DNA of 64,000 nt from assembly GCA_019058445.1 (NCBI GenBank), contig JAHPZA010000002.1:96001-160000 (forward strand). The letters are read 5' to 3'. The notes beneath the pieces are model-generated. The model saw only the letters and a list, made by a program, of their open reading frames with translations, did no database searches and was not told the DNA's origin. Within the stretch, counting starts at the first letter, position 1. Each line of letters begins with the position of its first letter. Source of the DNA: Promethearchaeota archaeon. GTDB lineage: Archaea > Asgardarchaeota > Lokiarchaeia > Sigyniarchaeales > SOKP01. Shown piece by piece: positions 10,390 to 19,090 of this stretch. The position numbers were made by a program, and so were the translations under genes.

Positions 10390-10528
10390 GTAATTTAAAA
10401 ATGTATTGACAAGCAAAAGACTATAAATAAATCTTCTTAAAAAGAAAAAATAGTTAGATCCAATAATCCGATTTCCTTATATTCCCGCTTGCTGACCCAT
10501 ATTTTGTAATTTAAAAATATACTGACAA
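10390..10528. repeat. 23-bp direct repeat pair flanking an actin C-terminus-like fragment
   Basis: GTAATTTAAAAATGTATTGACAA (10390-10412) vs GTAATTTAAAAATATACTGACAA (10506-10528), 21/23 identical. Confidence 0.7.
10437..10502 (-). pseudogene. Actin C-terminal fragment (IWVSKREYKEIG...), no start codon
   Basis: 10467-10503 matches actin 10675-10711 at 28/37 nt including a 16-nt exact block; amino-acid changes are conservative. Confidence 0.6.
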
Positions 10529-10626
10529 AGCATAATTAAATATAATGATAGTATGAACTAAGAATGAATCATATGATTCAAGAAATAAAGAAAATAAAAA
10601 AAATCTTAAAAAAAATAAAATTTTAT

Positions 10627-10647
10627 AAAAAACCCGTTTTTACGGGC
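10627..10647 (-). terminator. Hairpin plus U-tract terminator right after the actin stop codon
   Basis: Minus strand reads TAA-GCCCGT-AAAA-ACGGGT-TTTTT. Confidence 0.6.
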
Positions 10648-11793
10648 TTAGAAGCATCTGTGGATGACCTGAGGTCCCATTTCCTTATATTCCCTGCGTG
10701 TAACCCACATTCTGTGGAAGGTCTTTAAGGAACTTAAAATTGATCCGCCGATCCATACGGAGTACATACGCTCTGGAGGAGCGATGATTTTTACATCAAC
10801 CGACTCTGGAATCTGTTCTTTAATTTCCTTGGTTAATCGTTCTTTTATACCAGGGAACATTGTAGAACCACCAGAAAGGACAATATTGCTGTAAAGGTCT
10901 CTTCGTAAGTCGACATCACACTCGGAAATAGCTCCTACAATTACGTCATCTAAAGGCTCTAATTCTTTACCAATTACGGATGGATTAAAGAAACACTCTG
11001 GAGCCAAGAATCTCTCGACACCTACATTGATGGTTTCCCCATCAGGAAGCATGTAGCTCTTTTCCATGCCTGCCACTTTCTTGGAAAGCATCATCTCCTT
11101 TTCAGGATCAATTGCGACATAGCAAAGTTTCTCTTTAATGTCTCTTACAATTTCTTTTTCCGCTGATGTGGTAAAGGAATAGCCTTTTTGCCTGAGTAGT
11201 CTCTGTAAATAGGTAGTAATATCTCGTCCTGCAAGGTCAATTCTTTGGATTGCGTGGCTTAACGCGAAGCCCTCGAAAATTGGGACTACGTGTGAAACAC
11301 CGTCCCCGATATCAATAACGCATCCAGTTGTACGACCTGAGGCATATAGGGATAATACTGCTTGCATTGCGACGTAAAGCGCTGGGGTGTTAAAGGTCTC
11401 GAACATAATTTCAGCCATTTTCTCTCGGTTTGGTCTTGGATTTAATGGAGCCTCAGTTAAGAGAACAGGATGTTCTGATGGATCAATACGAAGATCTGTG
11501 TAAAAAGTATAGTGCCAGATCTTTTCCATAGCGGTCCAATCTTCAATTATACCATGTTCTACTGGGAACATTAACTTCAAAACACCTTTGAGTTGCATGG
11601 CTTCTTCTCCGATATAGTATTCACGGGTATAATGTTCAACATCGGTCATTATTGATTCATATTTTGGATAACCAATTAAGGTTGGGAATACTGATCGAGG
11701 TTGATCTTCCCCAGCGAATCCATTTTTTGAGATTCCGGTACCATTGTCAACCACTAACGCTTTTGCATTTAAAAAGCTTTCTTCTTCTCCCAT
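10648..11793 (-). CDS. Lokiactin (eukaryote-like actin)
   Basis: [66 protein letters not shown]-terminal HRCF; acidic N-terminus. Confidence 0.98.
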   Translation of the reverse strand: MGEEESFLNAKALVVDNGTGISKNGFAGEDQPRSVFPTLIGYPKYESIMTDVEHYTREYYIGEEAMQLKGVLKLMFPVEHGIIEDWTAMEKIWHYTFYTDLRIDPSEHPVLLTEAPLNPRPNREKMAEIMFETFNTPALYVAMQAVLSLYASGRTTGCVIDIGDGVSHVVPIFEGFALSHAIQRIDLAGRDITTYLQRLLRQKGYSFTTSAEKEIVRDIKEKLCYVAIDPEKEMMLSKKVAGMEKSYMLPDGETINVGVERFLAPECFFNPSVIGKELEPLDDVIVGAISECDVDLRRDLYSNIVLSGGSTMFPGIKERLTKEIKEQIPESVDVKIIAPPERMYSVWIGGSILSSLKTFHRMWVTRREYKEMGPQVIHRCF

Positions 11794-11894
11794 TTTTATT
11801 CAGCCTTGTTAATTATTAATTTTTTTGTTTTGTTTTGATATATTTTTTGATGAATCAAATTTACATTTATTGTGTTAATTTTTATTTTTAACTG

Positions 11895-11968
11895 TTTTTA
11901 TAACAAATTAGTTTTTTTTTATAACAAATTTTATTAGATAATATATTGTATGTTTATAAATTTGTTTT
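11895..11968 (-). promoter_or_regulatory. Putative lokiactin promoter (BRE-TATA) with a downstream direct-repeat pair
   Basis: Minus strand AAAACAAA-TTTATAAA at about 11968-11953; TTTTTATAACAAATT repeated at 11895-11909 and 11916-11930. Confidence 0.45.
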
Positions 11969-12022
11969 AATACAAAACCAAATCTTTTAGTCAAACAATT
12001 GTTTAACTAAATGTTTTTGAGT

Positions 12023-12087
12023 AAAAACCGTCCTAGGCGGGTTTTTCCGTTTTTTATTGTCGGATTCCTATTTCTCGGAAATAGGAA
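12023..12087. promoter_or_regulatory. Two palindromic sites between actin and the divergent wHTH gene
   Basis: AAAAACC-GT-CCTAGG-CG-GGTTTTT (12023-12046) and the perfect TTCCTATTTC-TCG-GAAATAGGAA (12065-12087). Confidence 0.55.
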
Positions 12088-12155
12088 ATTACGATAGATT
12101 TTATTTAGAACCATTCTTTTAAGTATTTAAAATAAATTTCTCTAAAACTAGACTT

Positions 12156-12659
12156 ATGAAGTTAGAAAAAAGCTTTCTTGCCATCCGAGTCTTGAAATAT
12201 ATAATGAACAATCCAAACTGCACAATCCCTCAAATCAGAGATTATTTCGGTATAGAAAGCTTTAATCCGCCACAACGTGAGGAGAAAAATTTATATAAAG
12301 TTATCTCTTATCTGGATAATGATGAGTTCATCGCTAAGATAGATAATCCTTCGATGTCATCAAGAGGGGCTCATTTTTTTCTGGAGGTAACACAGAAAGG
12401 AACAGACACAATTTCAGCGTTTAAAGAGCTTTTTTTAGACCTTCCGAGCGATCAAATTAGACCTGAGGATTTATCAACAAGATTTTCTAAGCTCTCTTAT
12501 GGAATTCTTAAGGATGTTTTGTATGGAATACTCAATGAATTGGATTACGAAACAAGACGGATCCTCAATTCAAAAAAACCAAGAATAAATGTGCTTATTG
12601 AAAAATGCCATGCAGAACTTCAAGAAGAAGTATCAAAGATAATTGAATCTTTAAAATAA
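12156..12659 (+). CDS. Winged-helix DNA-binding protein (PadR/MarR-like N-terminus)
   Basis: VLKYI...TIPQI...LYKVISYL...FI...EVTQKG wHTH pattern followed by a helical C-terminal domain. Confidence 0.7.
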   Translation: MKLEKSFLAIRVLKYIMNNPNCTIPQIRDYFGIESFNPPQREEKNLYKVISYLDNDEFIAKIDNPSMSSRGAHFFLEVTQKGTDTISAFKELFLDLPSDQIRPEDLSTRFSKLSYGILKDVLYGILNELDYETRRILNSKKPRINVLIEKCHAELQEEVSKIIESLK

Positions 12660-12819
12660 TTAATTCTTAAATCAGATAATTCTCGAATATTTGACAACTT
12701 TGTTGAATTAGGGAACTATTTGGGTTAAAAATTTGGTGTAAAAAATTTTCTTTTTATGAAAATCATGCTTTTTGTTTATAAAAAAGTATTTTTAGCAGTA
12801 ATAATATTATATTTTAGGA

Positions 12820-13935
12820 ATGACAGAATCGGACGTAAAAAAGATTCAGAAGCGAATTTATGCATTAGAACGCGAAAACGAGTTATTACGCCAGGAAATT
12901 GAGAATTTCAAAAAGGCTTTAGACAACTTGAAGAAAAATCCATTGATACTCGGCTCAGTTGAGAGGGTATTAGACGATGGGCGCACGATCGTTTCACACT
13001 CACCTGGAAGTAGAATCCTATTGCCCCCAAATGATCTCGTCAATCCATCTGCGGGCGATTCGGTAACCCTCCACCCCCAGAGTTATCAAATTTTAGAGAT
13101 CCTCTCAAGAAAAATCAGGGGGCATGTAGCAGCCATGGAATTATTAGAAACACCAAAAGAGACGTTTGCTGATATTGGAGGGTTAGATGATCAAATTCAA
13201 GCGATTAGAGAAATCATAGAATTACCATTAGTTCATCCAGATTTATTTGAAAAAATAGGCATAGATCCACCCTCAGGAGCCTTATTAGCCGGTCCCCCTG
13301 GAACGGGAAAGACCTTATTAGCGAAGGCAGTTGCAAATACAACCCATGCGCGATTCATTCATCTAGTGGGATCGGATTTAGTCCAAAAATTTATCGGCGA
13401 AGGGTCCAGAATGGTAAGAGAAGTATTTTCCCTTGCAAAAGAAAACACTCCAGCTATCATTTTTATAGACGAGATAGATGCAATTGCGATTAAGAGAACA
13501 AGCGAAGTATATAAAGGAGACCGTGAGGTACAAAGGACTTTCATGCAATTACTCAGTGAATTAGATGGATTTGCTAATATAGAAGGAATTATGTTTTTAG
13601 CAGCTACCAATAGGGAAGATGTATTAGATCCCGCGATTTTAAGACCCGGAAGGTTTGATCGGATAATTAGGTTTGATATGCCGAATGAAGAAGCTAGGTT
13701 AATGATTCTTAAAATTCACACGAGGAAACTGAACATAGATAATAATATTAATTTAAAAGATTTTGCGAAAAGAACCGAAAATTTTAGCGGGGCTCATATT
13801 AAGGCATTATGCACTGAGGCGGGCATGAGATGTCTAAGGGAGCGAAAAACGAAGATAACTCAGAATCATTTTGAGAAAGCATTATTAGAGATTATGGATA
13901 AAGAACATACTGTCAAGGAATATATTTATTCTTAA
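12820..13935 (+). CDS. pan: Proteasome-activating nucleotidase (AAA+)
   Basis: N-terminal coiled coil, OB domain, [23 protein letters not shown], and C-terminal HbYX motif (IYS). Confidence 0.93.
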   Translation: MTESDVKKIQKRIYALERENELLRQEIENFKKALDNLKKNPLILGSVERVLDDGRTIVSHSPGSRILLPPNDLVNPSAGDSVTLHPQSYQILEILSRKIRGHVAAMELLETPKETFADIGGLDDQIQAIREIIELPLVHPDLFEKIGIDPPSGALLAGPPGTGKTLLAKAVANTTHARFIHLVGSDLVQKFIGEGSRMVREVFSLAKENTPAIIFIDEIDAIAIKRTSEVYKGDREVQRTFMQLLSELDGFANIEGIMFLAATNREDVLDPAILRPGRFDRIIRFDMPNEEARLMILKIHTRKLNIDNNINLKDFAKRTENFSGAHIKALCTEAGMRCLRERKTKITQNHFEKALLEIMDKEHTVKEYIYS

Positions 13936-14051
13936 GTGTTCTTCCTTTAACTATTTGGTAATATTAATATACGTAGCTTTAAATTTATTATATAAAGTAT
14001 AAATAACTGAATTCAATTTCTAGTTTTTAAGAATCGAGATTAGATTAATCT

Positions 14052-15497
14052 ATGGAACTAAATCCCACATATATTAAAGAGAATTTACACAAAATCGGGA
14101 TAAAAGAAGCGTCTGCTTTACTTAAAGAGTGGATAATTAGTTCGAATATTCTTGAATTGAGAAAAGATGCCTTAGAGCTCTTTGGTTCACTCGATGATGG
14201 AAAAAATTTTAAATTTCTTGAGCAGGTATTTCTTTCTGATGAAGATCTGGAAATTAGATTAATAGCAGGAAAAATTTTGGAACATAATTATATGAATCAT
14301 AAGAAATTAATCCCGCTTCTGGAATATTCATTAAAAAAAATTAAAGAGTTTGAACAAAAGTTCCTTGTTGTAGAATTTTTAAACCGAATTGATACGAGTG
14401 CTTCAAGAAAAATTCTTAAAAATTTTCTCAAAACCTATATTAAAGAAAAATTGGGTCGTAAACTACAAGAATTTCCAGAAGAAATTTTCACAAAAGATTA
14501 TCAATTTGCATTACCATCCCAAATCTTAGATATTTGTTTTAACCTAATTTTATATGACTTTTATACCTATGAATGTAGGTATAATATCTCCTTAAGAAAG
14601 GGATTAATCATTCTTTTAAACTGTGAGGGTGCAAATTTAAACAGTATAAAAGAAATAGCTGCTTTGCATCGTCTTTCACATTTAGAACATCTCTTACTTC
14701 ATAGGAATAATATTGAAAAGATCAATGGGTTAGACGATTTAAAAAAGTTAAAGGTTCTGGATTTATCAAACAATACAATTGAGACCATAGAAAATCTTGA
14801 AGGATTACCATTTTTAGAAGAATTAAATCTCTCACAAAATAAAATAGAGACCATAGCAAACTTAAATTCTCTAAAAGATTTGAAAAAATTGAATCTTGCA
14901 TCGAACTTAATCACTGAAATTAAAGGATTGGAGAGTTTAAGGAGTTTAGAAGATTTAAATCTTAATAAGAATAAGATAATGGAAATAAAAAATATTAGTC
15001 ATCTTCTTAATTTAAAAAGATTAAGCATATCATTTAATCAAATTACCTCTATATCTCAAATTGGTGCGTTAGAGAACTTAATTTGGCTAAATCTTAATGA
15101 TAACAAAATATCTCAAATACACGGATTAGATGGTATGCATAATTTAAAAGTACTTAATTTGACAAATAATTTGATAACAAAGATAGAGAACTTAGAAAAT
15201 TTGGAAAATCTAGAAAGATTGGAACTCTCGAATAATAAAATCCAAGAGATTAGAGGGTTGGAAAGTTTATTAAAACTCAATTCATTATATCTTAATGATA
15301 ATAAGATAAAAATTATGGAAGGCATTGATTATTTAGATAATTTAATCATTCTTAATATAGAAAATAATCAAATATCTGAATATAATGATACTTACAAAGA
15401 AAAATTGAAAAAATTATATTATATCTATTTGTCTGGGAACCCTCTCACTCCAAAAAGCTGGATATGCTATAAAAAGCATATGACCAGATATCCCTAA
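14052..15497 (+). CDS. HEAT-like N-terminus plus SDS22-type leucine-rich repeat protein
   Basis: About 12 repeats of LxxLxLxxNxIxxIxxLxxL (22-aa period) ending in LSGNPL. Confidence 0.9.
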   Translation: MELNPTYIKENLHKIGIKEASALLKEWIISSNILELRKDALELFGSLDDGKNFKFLEQVFLSDEDLEIRLIAGKILEHNYMNHKKLIPLLEYSLKKIKEFEQKFLVVEFLNRIDTSASRKILKNFLKTYIKEKLGRKLQEFPEEIFTKDYQFALPSQILDICFNLILYDFYTYECRYNISLRKGLIILLNCEGANLNSIKEIAALHRLSHLEHLLLHRNNIEKINGLDDLKKLKVLDLSNNTIETIENLEGLPFLEELNLSQNKIETIANLNSLKDLKKLNLASNLITEIKGLESLRSLEDLNLNKNKIMEIKNISHLLNLKRLSISFNQITSISQIGALENLIWLNLNDNKISQIHGLDGMHNLKVLNLTNNLITKIENLENLENLERLELSNNKIQEIRGLESLLKLNSLYLNDNKIKIMEGIDYLDNLIILNIENNQISEYNDTYKEKLKKLYYIYLSGNPLTPKSWICYKKHMTRYP

Positions 15498-15596
15498 AGA
15501 GTATTTTTAAATAATGAGATTTTAGGTAGTGAATTGATTTTTATAATCTAAATTATATTTATATTTCAACAAGCTCAAACAATATATCAAAGAACT

Positions 15597-16430
15597 ATGA
15601 CTCAAGATAATAAAATCACTATGTTTCAACCTCGGTTAATAAAGGAAGATGACATGTATGGTAAAATTGAGGGATATACATTAAATTTAATCAGACCCAA
15701 TATTTATCAATTTGCCTCAAAAGGTGCAGGGTGCCATATTTATCTTATAATAGGTGAGGAATTAAATGTTCTGATAGATACGGGGATTATTTCGAAGTTC
15801 AATAGTTTTAATTATTTGCTTACTACTGAAGTTGGATTACGCGTCGAGGACATTAATCTTGTTATCAATACTCATGAACATTTTGACCACATAAGTTCAA
15901 ATGCCTATTTCCATTGTGCAATTGCTGCACATCGACTGGCAGCTACGAAGATTCAACACACAGATGAATTAATTACAAAAGGAAAAAAATGGGGAATCGA
16001 CTTAACAGATTTAAAAGTAAATATTTGGCTTGAAGAGGGGAATATTATTGATTTAGGCAACGTATTTTTAAAAATAATTGCTACTCCTGGGCATACCTCG
16101 GGGTGCATTTGTGTTTATGATCCCTATAAACACTATATTTTTACCGGAGATACCTTATTCCAAGGATCATCGACGAATGTGTATGAATCTGGCTCCATAT
16201 CGGAATATATTAACTCATTACAACTATTAAATACTTTAAAAATTAGAAGTTTTTACCCAGGACATGGCAATTGGGTAATGGGATTTGATGACGTTAATAA
16301 AGAAATTGAAGATTCAATCCAAAACGCTAAAAAAGAACTTCAAGCTTTTATAGATAAAGTCAAAAGTAAATCTCTTGAATATGCGAGGCCACCTCCCTCT
16401 CTCTATAAAAGAGAGGAAGAAGATTTATAA
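15597..16430 (+). CDS. Metallo-beta-lactamase fold hydrolase
   Basis: THEHFDH, TPGHT, FTGD and PGHG motifs. Confidence 0.88.
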   Translation: MTQDNKITMFQPRLIKEDDMYGKIEGYTLNLIRPNIYQFASKGAGCHIYLIIGEELNVLIDTGIISKFNSFNYLLTTEVGLRVEDINLVINTHEHFDHISSNAYFHCAIAAHRLAATKIQHTDELITKGKKWGIDLTDLKVNIWLEEGNIIDLGNVFLKIIATPGHTSGCICVYDPYKHYIFTGDTLFQGSSTNVYESGSISEYINSLQLLNTLKIRSFYPGHGNWVMGFDDVNKEIEDSIQNAKKELQAFIDKVKSKSLEYARPPPSLYKREEEDL

Positions 16431-16435
16431 TCATT

Positions 16436-17047
16436 CTATAATGGGACCGGTTCGAGTTCAGATTTAGCTCCACAATAATTACAGAATTTTAAATTCTTAA
16501 TATAAAATTCTTGACAGTTTTTACAATATTGAAGATTTTGTTTAATTATTTCCTTAGATACTTTTAAAAAAGCTTTTTCAACATTCTCACCGGTTTTTGA
16601 TGATGTTTCAAGCGGATCCCCTAAACAATCAAATTTCTGGCTTGCCTTTTTAGCTTCTTCGACAGATATTACTCTCTGATCTTCCAAATCAATTTTTGTA
16701 CCAATTAAAATCTTAATTACTTTTTCTATCGCATTTTTATCAATAATCTTAACCCAATTTTTAACATCATTTAAGGATTCTTTATCAGTTATATCGTACA
16801 AAATAAGTGCTGCTGAGGCACCATTGCAGTAAGAAGGAAATAGTGTTCTATATTTCTCTTCTCCACCAAAATCCCAGATATGTAATTCAATACTTATATT
16901 ATCATTTACTTTGACTTTTTTTCGTTTAAAAGCGACGCCTATGGTTGACATGGTTTTTTCGTGAAATACATTATCACAGAATCGAGCGATTAATGAGCTT
17001 TTGCCAACGTCTTTTGATCCAGCAAGAACAATTTTATATTTTAACAT
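16436..17047 (-). CDS. Rab-like small GTPase with C-terminal double Zn-ribbon
   Basis: G1 GSKDVGKS, G2 STIGV, G3 WDFGGEE, G4 GTKID, G5 TSSK; tail CKNC...CNYC. Confidence 0.92.
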   Translation of the reverse strand: MLKYKIVLAGSKDVGKSSLIARFCDNVFHEKTMSTIGVAFKRKKVKVNDNISIELHIWDFGGEEKYRTLFPSYCNGASAALILYDITDKESLNDVKNWVKIIDKNAIEKVIKILIGTKIDLEDQRVISVEEAKKASQKFDCLGDPLETSSKTGENVEKAFLKVSKEIIKQNLQYCKNCQEFYIKNLKFCNYCGAKSELEPVPL

Positions 17048-17206
17048 TTCTAAAGATATTCTTATTTTAAGTTAATTAGAGACGATAATTGTATAAAAAC
17101 TTTTCATAATAAAAAAATGGCAAATTTTCTGGTTAAAATTTAAATCTTCAAATGAAAATCATAACATTTTTGTAAAAATAGCTTTCTTATAAATTCTTAA
17201 ACTCTT

Positions 17207-17773
17207 TCAAGGATTGTTTCGTAAATATTCCTCTATAAACAATTCCATGACTACTTCGTCATAATAAACAGCATCCATATAGAACTGTTTTTTCCTCACT
17301 CCAACCACTCTAAAGCCCATCTTTTCATAAAGATGGAGAGCACGCTCGTTGTTCGAAAAGCAGCTCAATATTATTTTTTCTTTATTATTTAGTTTGTTAG
17401 ATTCTCTAATCGCAATATCAATTAAATTTCTTCCAACACCCATATCCCGATATTTTTCCGAAACAATGATTCCAAGACTACCTACATGTGTTGCAGCTTC
17501 CCATTCTAAGTTTGAAATCTCGCATTGTCCGATAATATCGTAAGGTGGTTTATGATTAGTGATTTCGGCAACGATGCAAACTTCGTGTTCTCGTTTAATG
17601 TTATCATACCATGAATTTTTTTCAATTTCAGTTTTGACAGGGGTAAACACTGGAAGATAGGTTCCCTCTTCTAATACGTTATTAAAATTCCTCCATATGC
17701 CATCTATATCGGATTTTTTGACATGTCTTAAAATTACTGTTTCTTCTGTGTCAATCTTTAGCACTTTTTTCAT
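17207..17773 (-). CDS. GNAT family N-acetyltransferase
   Basis: YRDMGVGRNL and NERALHLYEKMGF motifs. Confidence 0.88.
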   Translation of the reverse strand: MKKVLKIDTEETVILRHVKKSDIDGIWRNFNNVLEEGTYLPVFTPVKTEIEKNSWYDNIKREHEVCIVAEITNHKPPYDIIGQCEISNLEWEAATHVGSLGIIVSEKYRDMGVGRNLIDIAIRESNKLNNKEKIILSCFSNNERALHLYEKMGFRVVGVRKKQFYMDAVYYDEVVMELFIEEYLRNNP

Positions 17774-17831
17774 TATTTTATTTATAGTTTTACAATTAAA
17801 AATATATATTTCTAAAATTTATTGTATTATT

Positions 17832-18269
17832 ATGGAGAACGAAAAAGATGATACGTCTAATAACGATAAAGAAGATTTAGCCGATGTTTTTAAAAAAGTT
17901 GGTCAAGACAAGGAAAAAGCAGTTGCTAAAGATTTAGTTCAATTAAAACATGTGGATACTAAAAAGCAAGAAGTCAGTCAAGAAACGAAAAAACTTGCGG
18001 ACGCTTTAAAGCAACAAGAAGAGGAGGAAAAACTTTCTAATGATGAAATCACTATTCTCGAGTCATTTATCGGGAAACGATTATTCCTTAGAAGAATCGC
18101 AATAGTTGTGAATCAAAGTAGAATTCCCTTAGGGATTGAACCATTTAAAAAAGAGGATTTAGAAAAATTGCTCGACCGTTTAATTCATTATGATTATATA
18201 GATTATGATATTATTAATGACGAGAGGGTTTATTTTCTAACAGAAAAGGGAAAAGAACATATTCAATGA
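17832..18269 (+). CDS. Hypothetical protein with charged N-terminus and C-terminal wHTH-like domain
   Basis: ATG at 17832 avoids overlap with the GNAT gene; C-terminal YFLTEKG wing motif. Confidence 0.65.
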   Translation: MENEKDDTSNNDKEDLADVFKKVGQDKEKAVAKDLVQLKHVDTKKQEVSQETKKLADALKQQEEEEKLSNDEITILESFIGKRLFLRRIAIVVNQSRIPLGIEPFKKEDLEKLLDRLIHYDYIDYDIINDERVYFLTEKGKEHIQ

Positions 18270-18316
18270 TAAGAAAGAAAAACAAATTTGTGATATTGGA
18301 TTTATATTTACACGCG

Positions 18317-18619
18317 TTAGTCCTTTTTTAGTATGAGACGATTAATAGGAATGTCCATATACTCCCCATCAGGAAGCTCTCGTCGTATTGTGAGAGGTAA
18401 TATTTGAGACTTTAACTCCAATTGTGCTATTTTAATCGGATCAATAACATTCATTGGCTTTTCAACTAATATTGGGGCTCCAAAACTTATTTGTAACGCT
18501 CTCGCACCTACAATCCTAGCCTTTTCATATCGGGTTAAGAAGATTGTGCCAATTTTAACATATTCTTGTACTTCTTTATATTTTTTACGTAATTCTCGAG
18601 ATTCTAAGAAGCTTGACAA
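18317..18619 (-). CDS. rpoK: DNA-directed RNA polymerase subunit K/Rpo6
   Basis: LTRYEKARIVGARALQIS and PLTIRRELPDG motifs. Confidence 0.95.
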   Translation of the reverse strand: MSSFLESRELRKKYKEVQEYVKIGTIFLTRYEKARIVGARALQISFGAPILVEKPMNVIDPIKIAQLELKSQILPLTIRRELPDGEYMDIPINRLILKKD

Positions 18620-18736
18620 AGTGATTCAAACCTAAAAATAAGTAGTTAAAAAGTAGAAGAATGGATTTGATTTAACTTTTTTGGTTTTTATTTCAACTTT
18701 GTATTCGAAAATAAGAGAAATGGTCAAAATAATAAA

Positions 18737-18874
18737 TGCGCAAGGGGGGATTTGAACCCCCGACCGTCGAGAGCTATGCTTACATAAGCATCACTTTACA
18801 CGGTGTGAGCGTTTAGCGTTTTCCATATATTTTATGTGAAAAATGTCGTTATAGCCAGGCTAAACCACTCGCGC
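18737..18874 (-). tRNA. tRNA-Val(CAC) with two non-canonical introns (18844-18813 at position 28/29; 18796-18766 at position 44/45)
   Basis: Spliced product GCGCGAG TG GTTTAGCCTGGCTATAAC G ACACG CTCACAC CGTGT AGGTC GGGGG TTCAAAT CCCCC CTTGCGC A is a 75-nt cloverleaf; both introns fold into BHB-like structures. Confidence 0.9.
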
Positions 18875-19090
18875 TTGCAAGATATATTTTACAATGAGCC
18901 ATGAGAATTAAATCTTTCAGATTTCTTTTTTTAAAATAAAGGAGGGTGATAATGAATTATTAAATTATTATTAAAAATTTTTAAGAATTTAAGAATTTTT
19001 TAAGTATTTTGTAGACTCCGCTAATTTATATAATATCTTTAAGTTAATTAATCAATGGTGTTAAAAGAAAGTTTATTTTCGGTGATTTAA

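Noticed and set aside
14700-15420. Periodic DNA similarity resembling a repeat array or CRISPR
   Set aside because: Explained by the LRR coding repeats. No CRISPR array, rRNA, transposase or integrase was seen in the window.
18835-18845. TTCA in the tRNA suggesting tRNA-Sec(UCA)
   Set aside because: It lies within intron 1. The acceptor and T stems are 7/5, and the true anticodon loop is CTCACAC (Val).
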